The notes below the pieces were generated by a model. It saw only the letters and a program-made list of their open reading frames with translations. It did no database searches and was not told where the DNA came from. Shown here in pieces: positions 35,451 through 46,047 of a stretch of DNA of 64,000 bases (the stretch's first letter is position 1; each line of letters begins with the position of its first letter). The stretch covers positions 186,001 through 250,000 of the IMG/VR virus record IMGVR_UViG_3300009545_000018; one strand, given 5' to 3'. The translations under genes and the position numbers were made by a program.

Positions 35451-35799
35451 ATCGTTTATTAAAAAAATTAAAGAAACTTTAATTAAAGAAAGAAAAGGTC
35501 TTTTATCAAAAACTCAAGTAGATTCTGATATAGAATCAGTGGATCTGGATGGTGATGAGACTGATGAAATTCAAGGCGCTATGTTAATTGAAATGCAAAA
35601 TAGAATAGCTTCTCGACACGCTGAGAAAATTTCTCAGATTGATAATGCGTTGCAAAGAATAGAAGATTCTAGCTATGGTATTTGTGATGATTGTGAAGGA
35701 GATATTCCTGAAAAAAGATTAACTGCAAATCCTTATTTTTTAACATGTGTATCTTGTGCTGAAGACAGAGAGTTAGAATTAAAGCAAAAAAGGAATTAA
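35440..35799 (+). CDS. dksA: DksA/TraR family RNA polymerase-binding factor
   Basis: Coiled coil with DGDETDE, IDNALQRIEDSSYGICDDC, IPEKRL, TCVSC. Confidence 0.9.
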   Translation: MLSKSFIKKIKETLIKERKGLLSKTQVDSDIESVDLDGDETDEIQGAMLIEMQNRIASRHAEKISQIDNALQRIEDSSYGICDDCEGDIPEKRLTANPYFLTCVSCAEDRELELKQKRN

Positions 35800-35801
35800 A
35801 T

Positions 35802-36389
35802 TTGAATACAATCATAACCGAAACTACTGAGCACGGTGAAGTTCCGATTGACATTTATCAAAAATTATCTAACGATAGAATTTTATTTTTGACAGATTTT
35901 ATAGATGATAAGGTTGCAACTGACATTTCAGCTACTCTCTTATTAAAAGATGCAGAAAATCCTAACGCTAAAATAACTATTTTTATAAATTCTGAAGGGG
36001 GTGATATTAGAGCTGTTTTTATGATTTATGATACTATGAATATGATCTCTTCTGAGATAGAAGTTATTTGTTTTGGAAGTGCTATGAATGAATCTGTTAT
36101 CTTATTAGTTGGAGGATCTCCAGGTAAACGATATGCAACTAAAAATTCTATAATAGCTGTAGGACAATTAATTGCTCAATGGGCAAAAAAATCTAATATG
36201 GTTGACGCTACCAAAACTTTAAATCAAGTTACTAAAGATAATAAAAGAATGATGGAAATCTTAGCTAAACATAGTAATAAGAAGATAACACAAATAATTA
36301 AAGATTTTGATAGGATTGTGTTTTTAGAGCCTGCAAAAGCTGCTAAATATGGGTTTATTGATGGTATAATTAAATTTGGAAAAAAATAA
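35802..36389 (+). CDS. ClpP-fold subunit lacking the catalytic triad (ClpR-like)
   Basis: DIYQKL..DRILFL, FINSEGG; Ser to Asn (GSAMNES), His to Gly (IAVGQL), Asp to Ile (DRIVFL); TTG start. Confidence 0.8.
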   Translation: MNTIITETTEHGEVPIDIYQKLSNDRILFLTDFIDDKVATDISATLLLKDAENPNAKITIFINSEGGDIRAVFMIYDTMNMISSEIEVICFGSAMNESVILLVGGSPGKRYATKNSIIAVGQLIAQWAKKSNMVDATKTLNQVTKDNKRMMEILAKHSNKKITQIIKDFDRIVFLEPAKAAKYGFIDGIIKFGKK

Positions 36390-36981
36390 GGATTTAATGA
36401 AAAAAATAGAAGAGCATTCTCATAAAGAACTTGAATCTAATTCTCCTCATTATTATGATACTTATATAAAAGCTGCTAAGAGTAGAGTGGTTTTCTTTTC
36501 TGATGTTGTCACTAAAAAAACAGCGGCAGATTTAGTTGCAATGTTATTATATTATGACAATATAAGTCATGAAGATATATTTTTGTATATTAATTCGCCT
36601 GGCGGAGATGCTTCTGGATTATCATGTATTTATGATATCATTCAGATGATTAAATCACCAGTACGTACTATTTGTATGGGAAGAGCTTATTCGGCAGGTG
36701 CTATTTTATTAGCAGCTGGAACTAAGGGAAAGCGTTATGCATTTAAAAATTCTCAAATCATGATTCATGGTATTCAATGTATTTTTCCAATGCCAGGAGA
36801 AGATATTGCTAACTCTAAAAATTATTTTTCTTTTTTAAAGGACAATGATGATAAAGTTATGAAAATTTTAGCAAAACACACTAATCATCCTTTAAGTAAA
36901 TTGAAAAAGGATTGTGAACAAGATTTGTGGTTAACTGCTCCAGAAGCGCTAAAATATGGAATTATTGATGATATTCTTTGA
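36376..36981 (+). CDS. clpP: ClpP protease with intact Ser-His-Asp triad
   Basis: YINSPGG, CMGRAYSAGAILL, IMIHG, QDLWLTAPEALKYGIID. Confidence 0.92.
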   Translation: MEKNKDLMKKIEEHSHKELESNSPHYYDTYIKAAKSRVVFFSDVVTKKTAADLVAMLLYYDNISHEDIFLYINSPGGDASGLSCIYDIIQMIKSPVRTICMGRAYSAGAILLAAGTKGKRYAFKNSQIMIHGIQCIFPMPGEDIANSKNYFSFLKDNDDKVMKILAKHTNHPLSKLKKDCEQDLWLTAPEALKYGIIDDIL

Positions 36982-37010
36982 TAATATCAATAATTACCTA
37001 TTCTTTAGTA

Positions 37011-38369
37011 ATGAAGAAAATTGCCAGAAAACCATCTACCGATCCAGCCCAAGAGAAATTAAGGCAAGCAAAATCTCTATGGAATAAAGATGTTTCGCTT
37101 TTTATTACAGATTTAATAAATTTAAAAAAAACGATGAATGGATGGCCATCCAAATTTCATATGGAAAGATCTTATATTAAGGATCCAATTCCAGCTGATC
37201 CACATTCTATTTTAGGGGTTTTAGCATCTGATTTTCAAGAGTTAGCACAAAAGGGCAACTCAATTATTCAAGAGCAACTTGAATATTCTAAAAATAGAAG
37301 AAAAAAACAACCAAAACAAAATATTATCTCTACTCAACCATCTTCGACAATTGATTTATCTCAACAACTTTCTGCTGCTAGTTTAAATTTCAACTTAATT
37401 GCAGAAGGATCAAATACTGTAAGTAGATTTTTTTCTCGTTTAAAAGGACCTTGGTTTGGTGATTCTTCTGAAGTTAGAATAAGAAAATACAGGCTTTCTA
37501 TGCTAAGAGCTTGTACTATTTTAGAAAAAGACTTAGAAAAGTTTGAAGCTACTATCGTAGGTTCTTCTGGAGAAAGTATTTTTGTAGGAAGTAAATTATT
37601 ACATCAAATTGAAAATCATTTAAAATTTGTATTAGAATCCTTAAATGCAGTTTCTTTATTAGAAAACAATGTAACTAATTCTATACCTGAAAGTTCTATT
37701 AATAATGAAATAGATCAGGCAACCAAAGCAATTACTGATTTTCGTAAAAATTATGCTAATTTTAATGATTTAGATGCTTTGTTAGTTAAACAATTTTCTA
37801 GTTTAATTTTAAAGTTTTTAGCAGATGATTCTGTAAAAGAGGCATTGGCTCCAGAAATACTTAATATTTACAGATTAATAATATCTGATATTAATAATAA
37901 GAGAGGAACCTCTTTTGATAATCTTTCAGATATTATAAATAAAAAAGCTAATTTGCACGTCATTGCGCAAAATTTATTAGATAAATGGGTTGGTAAATTA
38001 AATCATAATATTAATCCATTTGATAAAACTTCGGCATTAAGATTAGATGCCGCACGTTTAGCTAGAGATGCCATTAAGTTGCTTGATAAATTAATGAATT
38101 CTTTAGAAAAAGAATTAGATGCTAACCAAATTAAATCACTGCTATCAGAAATTAGTAATAAAATAATTATGATTAAAGCAACAATGAAACCTCTTGAAGC
38201 CACCATTCAAGGTAAATTATTTGATCGTACTTTTGTAGATTTATTACAAGATAATAGATTATCAGGTTATGATTCAAAATTAGATAAAAAAACAAAAGAA
38301 AAACTTGAAAAGATGATTCAAACCAAAAAATTTAAAGATTTAACAGAGATGTATTCTAAAAAGGGATAA
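37011..38369 (+). CDS. Large helical hypothetical protein
   Basis: 452 aa from the likely start MKKIARKP. Confidence 0.7.
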   Translation: MKKIARKPSTDPAQEKLRQAKSLWNKDVSLFITDLINLKKTMNGWPSKFHMERSYIKDPIPADPHSILGVLASDFQELAQKGNSIIQEQLEYSKNRRKKQPKQNIISTQPSSTIDLSQQLSAASLNFNLIAEGSNTVSRFFSRLKGPWFGDSSEVRIRKYRLSMLRACTILEKDLEKFEATIVGSSGESIFVGSKLLHQIENHLKFVLESLNAVSLLENNVTNSIPESSINNEIDQATKAITDFRKNYANFNDLDALLVKQFSSLILKFLADDSVKEALAPEILNIYRLIISDINNKRGTSFDNLSDIINKKANLHVIAQNLLDKWVGKLNHNINPFDKTSALRLDAARLARDAIKLLDKLMNSLEKELDANQIKSLLSEISNKIIMIKATMKPLEATIQGKLFDRTFVDLLQDNRLSGYDSKLDKKTKEKLEKMIQTKKFKDLTEMYSKKG

Positions 38370-38370
38370 T

Positions 38371-38724
38371 ATGAAAAATACATATGTATTTATTAATAAT
38401 AATATTTTCCCTTCTTTATTAGCAGAATCAGCTCAAGAACAAGAACAAGGATTAATGTTCATTGAGCCGCCAGCACCAATTATGACATTTGCTTACAATA
38501 CACCTCGTGTTAATAAATTTTGGATGAAAAATACCAAAGCCCCTCTTGATATTATTTTTTGTTGTAATGGTAAAGTTATTGATATTTGTTATGGAGAGCC
38601 ATTTTCAACTAAAATATTAGGTCCAGATAAAAGTTCAGATTTAGTTATTGAAGTACCTTCAGGAACTGCGGCTATAGCAGATATTAAAATCGGTCATTTA
38701 GCAGGATTAATTTCAAATATTTAA
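38371..38724 (+). CDS. DUF192-like protein
   Basis: QEQGLMF, FWMKNTKAPLDIIF, VIEVPSG. Confidence 0.8.
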   Translation: MKNTYVFINNNIFPSLLAESAQEQEQGLMFIEPPAPIMTFAYNTPRVNKFWMKNTKAPLDIIFCCNGKVIDICYGEPFSTKILGPDKSSDLVIEVPSGTAAIADIKIGHLAGLISNI

Positions 38725-38787
38725 TATTTTTAAAATTACAAGCACTTGCTTTTATTTTATAAAAATCTATCATAACTTAGATTTTCC

Positions 38788-39786
38788 ATGGAAACTATAG
38801 ATAAAATTAATTCATTTAATAAAACATTACAGTCGTTTAAAATTAAAGCAATTTGCGTTGCTTATAAACATATAGACAACTATTTCTATTATGATATTAA
38901 ATTAAATCCTAGCACTAAAGTTAAAGATTTAACAAAATATCTTGATGAAATTTCTTTAAGTTTACAGGCGCCGTGTAAACCTAGCATTAAAGTTATACAT
39001 AATAAAGGTATAATAAGATTAGAGTTTGCCCAAGTGAGAGCTTCAAGCCTTAATTTATTTGACTTATTTACTAATACAAATATCCCAAGAGGAGACTTAA
39101 TTTGTTTATTAGGTCAAACAGTTGATGGTAGAAAAATGTGGATGGATTTAACACAAAATCCACACTTAATTGTATCAGGTACTACCGGTTCAGGTAAAAG
39201 TTGTTTATTGCATAACATTATTGCTAATGTATTTAATTATTCTGGAGCAAAACTTTTTTTAATGGACCCAAAGAATATTGAATTTTCAGAGTATGATAGA
39301 AGAATTAAAGATAAAGTGAATGTAGTTTATTCTTATGAAGAATCTTTATTTATGTTAGATAATTTATTAGAAATAATGGAAACAAGGTATTCTCTTCTTA
39401 GAAAAGGTAAAAACATTACAGATTTTCCATATATATTGCTTATTGTAGATGAATTTGCAGATTTAATTATGCAGGATAATGAAGATCAATTTTATAATAA
39501 ACTTTGTCGTTTAGCTCAAAAATGTCGGGCAGCTCGAATTCATATAATTTTATCTACACAAAGACCTTCCGTTAATATTATTAACGGAACAATTAAAGCT
39601 AATTTTCCTGCAAGAATAGCCTGTCGAGTTGCCAGCCAAGTTGACTCAAAAGTAATATTAGATACTGGTGGTGCTGAAAACTTATTAGGACAAGGAGATG
39701 CTCTCATTAGAGATAATTTTAGACAACTTGAAAGATTTCAAATAGCATATACTACTCCAAACGAAGTGTGTAATTATTATGCATAA
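38788..39786 (+). CDS. FtsK/SpoIIIE-like ATPase
   Basis: PHLIVSGTTGSGKS, MDPKNIEF, IVDEFADL, LAQKCRAARIHIILSTQRPS, ENLLGQGDAL. Confidence 0.92.
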   Translation: METIDKINSFNKTLQSFKIKAICVAYKHIDNYFYYDIKLNPSTKVKDLTKYLDEISLSLQAPCKPSIKVIHNKGIIRLEFAQVRASSLNLFDLFTNTNIPRGDLICLLGQTVDGRKMWMDLTQNPHLIVSGTTGSGKSCLLHNIIANVFNYSGAKLFLMDPKNIEFSEYDRRIKDKVNVVYSYEESLFMLDNLLEIMETRYSLLRKGKNITDFPYILLIVDEFADLIMQDNEDQFYNKLCRLAQKCRAARIHIILSTQRPSVNIINGTIKANFPARIACRVASQVDSKVILDTGGAENLLGQGDALIRDNFRQLERFQIAYTTPNEVCNYYA

Positions 39787-41086
39787 TGATTTAAACGATG
39801 TTGATATTTTAATAAATAAATTTTTAGTTGACAGACAATTGGGGCTTGTTACTCTACATAAACTTTATTTTAAAAATGATAATTATAAATCTTATCGAGT
39901 TTTTATTGAAGAATTGTTTTATGAATTACAAAATACTTGCAAAGTATTTATTAGTAAAAATAATTGTACAGAAGGTTTAGAAGATTATTTATTTTATGCC
40001 GCTAATGATTTTTGTAAAAAACAAAACCCTCCTTTGGTCAAAAAAAGTAAAGATTTTATCTGTCCTGGTTGCTTATTTCTAGGAAAGCAAAATTTATTAA
40101 TTAATCAATCCGATTTAATTTGCCAGGAATGTCTTGATTGTTATAAAAAAACAGATGATCCAAAATGGATAAAATTTTTTACTACATTTAAAAAGCATGC
40201 TAAAATTGGATTTAGGTGTATTGATTGTAGTAGATTTATACCCCAACCTTTTTCTAAATCTACAGATATAATCTGCCCATATATAGATTGTTTATTTGTT
40301 GGATCATCAAACGATCTAAAAAAAATGATTCATCCAAATTCAGATTCTAAAATAGAAAATTTTAAAACAATTAAAGAAAATTTTCATTTAAATAATGAAA
40401 TAAATGTATTAGATAATACTGAAATTTCAGAAGAGATGAAGTTAAAAATTAAAACTATTACAGAAGTAATAGATCAGCAAATAAGCGCTATTCATTGGGA
40501 TAGTTTTAATTTTAATGTTAAGCATAAGTTATTTGCATATCAAGCTTTTAAAAAAATAATAGAACAATGTCCTATAGAAATGTCTTCATATTTATTAGAA
40601 AAATCTCGTTCAGGAGGGTTTCAACATAAACTATTTCAAGAATATGTTTCTATTTTAGAATCAAATTTACCACTTATTTATAAAAAAAATAATGAAGTGT
40701 TTAGTATTCAGAGTTTGCTTGATTCTAAATTATCATTATTTGATGGAATTTCTTCTTTTGAAGGACAAATTAATAACAAAGGGGTTATTAAAAATAATAC
40801 GCAGGAAATATATATTGGTGGTAGAAAAGCTTCTTATGTTAAACCTTTTTATATTGGTAAGTTATTAAATGTGGTATTATCAGATACTGATGAGCCAATT
40901 ATGCATTTAGTTGAGAGTTATAGTTTTTCTAGAATAAAATTAACTAGTATTCCAAAATCTTTAAAAGTTAAAGTCTCACATTTAAGAATTGCGCCTCATT
41001 ATCAAATGGGAGCAATGGTGTATATTAATAGAGCTAGGACTCATATTATAGATGAAGTAAATTATCTATTAAAAAATCAAATATGA
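39779..41086 (+). CDS. Hypothetical protein with multiple CxxC Zn fingers
   Basis: CPGC, CQEC, CIDC, CPYIDC. Confidence 0.7.
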   Translation: MHNDLNDVDILINKFLVDRQLGLVTLHKLYFKNDNYKSYRVFIEELFYELQNTCKVFISKNNCTEGLEDYLFYAANDFCKKQNPPLVKKSKDFICPGCLFLGKQNLLINQSDLICQECLDCYKKTDDPKWIKFFTTFKKHAKIGFRCIDCSRFIPQPFSKSTDIICPYIDCLFVGSSNDLKKMIHPNSDSKIENFKTIKENFHLNNEINVLDNTEISEEMKLKIKTITEVIDQQISAIHWDSFNFNVKHKLFAYQAFKKIIEQCPIEMSSYLLEKSRSGGFQHKLFQEYVSILESNLPLIYKKNNEVFSIQSLLDSKLSLFDGISSFEGQINNKGVIKNNTQEIYIGGRKASYVKPFYIGKLLNVVLSDTDEPIMHLVESYSFSRIKLTSIPKSLKVKVSHLRIAPHYQMGAMVYINRARTHIIDEVNYLLKNQI

Positions 41087-41508
41087 AAAAATTTTCTTTA
41101 CCAAAGATTAAAATAAAAATTTCTAGCTCTTTTCCTGTACGTACATTATGTAAATATTGTTTGACCGGTCCAACTTATTATTTTCGTGTTTCAAAAAAGA
41201 AAATTAAAAGAAAACCAGATAATCAAATAAATTATAAACATTATTCGACACGTTTAGAGCCTGATGATTTTATTATAACTTGTCGTAGTTTAAAAATAAA
41301 AGATGTATCATATTCAACAAATTTTATTGCATATAATCCAAAGATACATAGACAAAGAAAATTATTAAGATCAATAAATGTTGATGATATTTTATATTGC
41401 GAATGTTCTTTAACTAATTGGGCATTTAATGTTTCTTCTTCTAAAGGTAGAAAAGAAATTGAACAACGAAAATCTAAAATAACATTTGATAAAAAATTTA
41501 CATATTAA
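41083..41508 (+). CDS. Basic hypothetical protein with split Zn site
   Basis: CKYC ... CEC. Confidence 0.65.
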   Translation: MKKFSLPKIKIKISSSFPVRTLCKYCLTGPTYYFRVSKKKIKRKPDNQINYKHYSTRLEPDDFIITCRSLKIKDVSYSTNFIAYNPKIHRQRKLLRSINVDDILYCECSLTNWAFNVSSSKGRKEIEQRKSKITFDKKFTY

Positions 41509-41905
41509 TTTTATGTAATTTTTCTTTCACTTGTGATTCTATTAGTTTAAAGTTATCTGCAAGTTCTTCAAATAATTTCCATTGTTTATTTATTAATAAA
41601 TAACATGAATAGTAAGATGATTGAGCAATTATATCATAATATTCTTTAGAAGAATATTTTAAATGATTGGGGGCGAAAGTATTAGAAAAAAATATCCAAT
41701 CACCTATATTTTGATAAATAGAAAAATTATGTTGAAGTTTAGCTTCAGCATATAATAATGTGATACTATTTTTTGATAAATCAAAAGTGTTGGATTTATA
41801 TTTATCATATATACTGATGATATAGGCTCTAGTGTCTCTTTGACAATCTATGTCTGATAATATTTCGTTGAAAAAAGAATTTATATTATTATACGAAACA
41901 AACAT
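41498..41905 (-). CDS. Hypothetical protein (likely start MFVSYNN)
   Basis: TRAYIISI, LLYAEAK, QNIGDWIFF, AQSSYYSCY; the longer track ORF runs into topA. Confidence 0.65.
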   Translation of the reverse strand: MFVSYNNINSFFNEILSDIDCQRDTRAYIISIYDKYKSNTFDLSKNSITLLYAEAKLQHNFSIYQNIGDWIFFSNTFAPNHLKYSSKEYYDIIAQSSYYSCYLLINKQWKLFEELADNFKLIESQVKEKLHKINM

Positions 41906-41963
41906 AATTAAATAATTTAATATTAGTACATACAATATATTTAGTAAATAGGTAATTAGCAAT

Positions 41964-43757
41964 ATGAAAAATTCAAAAACTCTTATAATTGTAGAATCTC
42001 CTGCCAAAGGACAAAAAATACAAGAATATCTTGGTAAAGATTATATAGTAATGGCAAGTAAAGGTCATATAACAGATTTGGCTAAAGGAGGAAAACATGG
42101 GCTTGGTGTGGATATTAATAATGATTTTAAGCCTCACTATGTTTTATCTGACGATAAAATAGATATTTTAGATGCTTTATTGGCTGCTTCTAAAAAAGTA
42201 GATCGTATTTTTGTAGCTAGTGATCCCGATAGAGAAGGTGAAGCTATAGCTTGGCATTTGGCTACTAGATTGGCAGATACTGGAAAACCTATTAAAAGAA
42301 TGGTTTTTAATAAGATAAAAAAAGATTTATTACAAAAAGCTGTTACAGAAACTCGTGATATTGATATGAATCTTTTTCATTCTCAGGAGGCTAGAAGAAT
42401 ACTAGATAGACTAGTAGGATTTAAGGCATCTCCATTTTTAATGAACTTTTTTGGAGCCAAATTATCAGCTGGTAGAGTACAATCTGTTGTTACTAAAATG
42501 GTAATTGATAGAGAGAGAGAGATTGAAAATTTTATTCCAGAAGAATTTTGGACAATTCAAGTTAATCTTACAGATAATGATGGTAAAAAGTTTACAACAA
42601 AATATATTAATAAAATTTTAGATTTAAATACCGCTAATAATACTAAAAATCTTCTTGATGAAGAAGAATACATTATATTAAATGTTTTGGCAGAGGAAGA
42701 AAGAAAGTCACCACAGGCACCATTAGTTACGTCAACATTACAAAGATTTATGTCTAAAACAGAAGGTTTTAACGCTGAAAGAACTATGAAGGCAGCTCAG
42801 TCATTATATGAGAATGGATATATTTCTTATATTAGAACTGATTCTGTTAGAGTTTCTGATGAAGATATTTTCGCTGTTCGAGATTGGTTAACTCAAAATA
42901 AAATGGGAGTTCCACAAAAACCAAATGTCTTTAAAAATAAAGATTCTGTTCAGGATGCTCATGAATGTATACATCCAACAGACTTATCGTTACAGCCCAA
43001 TGAAGATAATTATGCCATTATTGATACTGATGAAAAGTTAGTTTATAAAGCTGTCTGGAACGCTTTTGTAGCTAGTCAAATGTTGCCAGCCATATATGAT
43101 ACACTTACTGTTATTGCTCATCCCAAATCTAATTCTAACTTAAAAGTTAAGGCAACTGGAAAATCATTGAAATCAGAAGGGTTTTTAAAATTATTTGTTT
43201 CTGCTGATGATGATAAAGAGATCTCTAAGATAGAGATACCAAATCTTAAAGAAGGTGCCGTTGTGTTTCTTAAAGAGAAAAAAGATTTAAAGATGGAGAA
43301 AAAAGCAACGCAGCCTCCGCCTAGATTTTCTGAAGATAAACTAATTAAAGAATTAGTTAACAAAAATATTGGCAGACCAGCTACTTATGCAGAATTGTTA
43401 TCAAAAATTTGCTCTAGGAATTATGTCGAAAAAAAGGGAAATGTATTCCATGCTACTGATCTAGGTAAAAAGATCACAGATGTATTGACTCAATATTTTT
43501 CATTTATGGATTATAATTATACAGCAAAAATGGAGCTTCAGTTAGATGAAATTGAAAATGGAAAAGTAGATCATATTGTGATGTTAAAGAAATTTTACCC
43601 AGAATTTAAAGAACAATTAGATAAAGCTTATCTTAATCAAGGTGGTTTTTTATGTGAAAAATGTGGATCGCCCATGATAACAAGAGATACAAAAGGTGGG
43701 AAATTTTTAGCATGTTCTTCTTATCCTAAATGTTATAATACTAGAAATATACAATAA
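41964..43757 (+). CDS. topA: DNA topoisomerase I (type IA)
   Basis: LIIVESPAK, ASDPDREGEAIAWHL, SAGRVQS, LYENGYISYIRTDS, QDAHECI, IGRPATY, C-terminal Zn ribbon. Confidence 0.96.
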   Translation: MKNSKTLIIVESPAKGQKIQEYLGKDYIVMASKGHITDLAKGGKHGLGVDINNDFKPHYVLSDDKIDILDALLAASKKVDRIFVASDPDREGEAIAWHLATRLADTGKPIKRMVFNKIKKDLLQKAVTETRDIDMNLFHSQEARRILDRLVGFKASPFLMNFFGAKLSAGRVQSVVTKMVIDREREIENFIPEEFWTIQVNLTDNDGKKFTTKYINKILDLNTANNTKNLLDEEEYIILNVLAEEERKSPQAPLVTSTLQRFMSKTEGFNAERTMKAAQSLYENGYISYIRTDSVRVSDEDIFAVRDWLTQNKMGVPQKPNVFKNKDSVQDAHECIHPTDLSLQPNEDNYAIIDTDEKLVYKAVWNAFVASQMLPAIYDTLTVIAHPKSNSNLKVKATGKSLKSEGFLKLFVSADDDKEISKIEIPNLKEGAVVFLKEKKDLKMEKKATQPPPRFSEDKLIKELVNKNIGRPATYAELLSKICSRNYVEKKGNVFHATDLGKKITDVLTQYFSFMDYNYTAKMELQLDEIENGKVDHIVMLKKFYPEFKEQLDKAYLNQGGFLCEKCGSPMITRDTKGGKFLACSSYPKCYNTRNIQ

Positions 43758-43773
43758 TAAAGAAGTTTATATA

Positions 43774-45135
43774 ATGAATAAAAATCAAATAACGGAATTC
43801 TTAACTAAGAGCACTATAGAATCTCAAGAAAATCTAACAAAGGAAATGTTAGAAGAAATTCTATCACCTTTAGATCAAGAAATGATCTATAAGTGTGGGG
43901 CTCATCTGGTTCGACCAAGGGAAAGCTTTTTAGAACTAATGAATTGGGTTGAAATTCAGTTTAAGAATAACTTAAAAGACATTGAAAACTTAAATAAGTT
44001 TGTTCATAATAGAATTATAATTGATGGACAATTTATTGCTTTTGCCAAACAATATGGAATAAAAATAACTTGTTTATATAAAGATTCAATTATTTCTTGG
44101 AAAACTGATAGTGGGCACGAAAAATTTTTCGCACAGGGCGTTTTTAAAATTGAATATAATAATTGTGAATTTATTCATGCAGCTTTGTTTCATAAAGGAA
44201 ATCAAAATGAAGATGAAGTAAGTTTCTTTATTTTAACTTCCTCTAATAATTTTAATGGCTATCTAGAATTAAGAAATAAATTTGATGAATGGGTTCAAGA
44301 AAGAGATCGTGGTAACCTTAATATTAAAGTAATAGATGGAGAAGATATTCCATATACTAAAGATTATGGTTGGGAAGATTTATTTTTACCTGATAATATT
44401 AAAACAGAAATTAAATCTATAGTAGAGAATTTCTTAAATTCTAAAGATTTTTATGAAAAAAATAAAATTCCATGGAAACGTGGCTTGCTGTTATATGGTA
44501 AGCCAGGTAATGGTAAAACTTCTTTAATTAGAACAATTATATCAAAATATAATTTTAAGCCAGTTACTATTTCATCTAATGCAAACGATGATACGGTACG
44601 AGAAGCCTTTTCTTATGCTGAAGAACAAAGTCCAGCTTTATTATATTTTGAAGATTTAGACTCATTATTTGATAAGGTGGACGTTTCTTCATTTTTAAAT
44701 TTGATGGATGGTATTGCTGCCAAAAATGGACTATTTGTTATAGCTACGGCTAATGAGGTTCATAAATTAAAAGCCTCTATTACAGACCGACCTTCAAGAT
44801 TTGACAGAAAATATGAGATACCGTTACCAAATCAGAAAATGGCTCATATATATCTTAAAAAGTGGTTTGGAAAATTATTTGACGACTCTTACTATAAAGA
44901 GTTATCATTAATTTCAGAAAAATATAATTTTTCATATGTTTATTTAAAAGAACTTTATATATCTGCAATGTATGAGGCTCTTTCTAGAAATAGAAAAGCC
45001 CCTACTAAAGCAGATGTAAAAAAAGCACTACTGTGCTTAATTAAGGATAAAAATATTTTGAATAATAAAATGTTTAATACTTCAAAATATTTAGAGCAGA
45101 AAGTTAAAAATAGGTTAGTTGATATTTATGAATAA
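43774..45135 (+). CDS. Soluble AAA+ ATPase (FtsH/Cdc48/BCS1-like clade)
   Basis: KRGLLLYGKPGNGKT, LYFEDLDS, FLNLMDG, ATAN, DRPSRFDRK. Confidence 0.88.
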   Translation: MNKNQITEFLTKSTIESQENLTKEMLEEILSPLDQEMIYKCGAHLVRPRESFLELMNWVEIQFKNNLKDIENLNKFVHNRIIIDGQFIAFAKQYGIKITCLYKDSIISWKTDSGHEKFFAQGVFKIEYNNCEFIHAALFHKGNQNEDEVSFFILTSSNNFNGYLELRNKFDEWVQERDRGNLNIKVIDGEDIPYTKDYGWEDLFLPDNIKTEIKSIVENFLNSKDFYEKNKIPWKRGLLLYGKPGNGKTSLIRTIISKYNFKPVTISSNANDDTVREAFSYAEEQSPALLYFEDLDSLFDKVDVSSFLNLMDGIAAKNGLFVIATANEVHKLKASITDRPSRFDRKYEIPLPNQKMAHIYLKKWFGKLFDDSYYKELSLISEKYNFSYVYLKELYISAMYEALSRNRKAPTKADVKKALLCLIKDKNILNNKMFNTSKYLEQKVKNRLVDIYE

Positions 45136-45451
45136 AGATAACAAAAGTAAGAAACCCTTTAAAAGAGATTTGAAGGGAGGTGAGTCTGTTAATCCAAGTA
45201 AGTTTGCACATATTAAACCATTGCAAGCTCGTCCATTAGAAGTTAGAGTTTATAACAATAATTTTGATAGGGCATTAAAAGCATTTAGAGCTTTAGTTCA
45301 AAAAGAAAGAGTTCTATCTGCTTATAAAGATAAGCAGACTTATGAAAAGCCTTCTGATAAGCGTAGAAGAAAAAAGAATGAGTCAATTAGAAAAATGAAA
45401 GAATTAGAATTTAAAAATAAGAATTTTTTCAAAAATGACTTTTTAGATTAA
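45119..45451 (+). CDS. rpsU: Ribosomal protein bS21 with N-terminal extension
   Basis: VYNNNFDRALKAFR...YEKPSDKRRRKKNESIRK. Confidence 0.85.
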   Translation: MIFMNKDNKSKKPFKRDLKGGESVNPSKFAHIKPLQARPLEVRVYNNNFDRALKAFRALVQKERVLSAYKDKQTYEKPSDKRRRKKNESIRKMKELEFKNKNFFKNDFLD

Positions 45452-45463
45452 AACTGGAAAATA

Positions 45464-46036
45464 ATGAACAATATAAAGATTTATAAAAACAAGTTAAGAA
45501 ATATAAAAGATAATTATCAACCTCCTGTTCCACAATATCAAGAGCTAAATATAGAGCCTATGGAATATAAAAGTGGTATTGTTCCACCTAATACTCCTAT
45601 GATTAAATCTCAAGATGTTGCAAATAGAAATAGACAATTTTCTATAAGAGAAGATAATGTATCTCAAGTAGTATTACCTAATATCAATAAAGTTCCACAA
45701 CAAACCTGGAGTTCTCTTGATGGGGAAATTATTGATGATGTTTTTGATCAATCACATAAAATGATTGATAATAATTTTTATATTGAGGAAGTTGACCCAA
45801 CAAAAGAAGATAATGATCAGAGTTTTATTTCAATTGTTAATGATTTAAAAAATGATCATTATCTTCTTTTTCTTTATGGAGAGGCTATATGTTCAGGTCC
45901 AGTAGAAGAGATTGAAACTGAAGCCCGCGCGCTCATTTTTGGTGAGCACGTATTATGTAATGGTGAACCAATCTCAGAAGAAAATATAGTTGTTTTGAAA
46001 AAAATACAGATTAAAGTTGGAGTATTTTTACAATAA
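45464..46036 (+). CDS. Hypothetical protein
   Basis: 190 aa. Confidence 0.7.
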   Translation: MNNIKIYKNKLRNIKDNYQPPVPQYQELNIEPMEYKSGIVPPNTPMIKSQDVANRNRQFSIREDNVSQVVLPNINKVPQQTWSSLDGEIIDDVFDQSHKMIDNNFYIEEVDPTKEDNDQSFISIVNDLKNDHYLLFLYGEAICSGPVEEIETEARALIFGEHVLCNGEPISEENIVVLKKIQIKVGVFLQ

Positions 46037-46047
46037 GGAGTGTTGGA

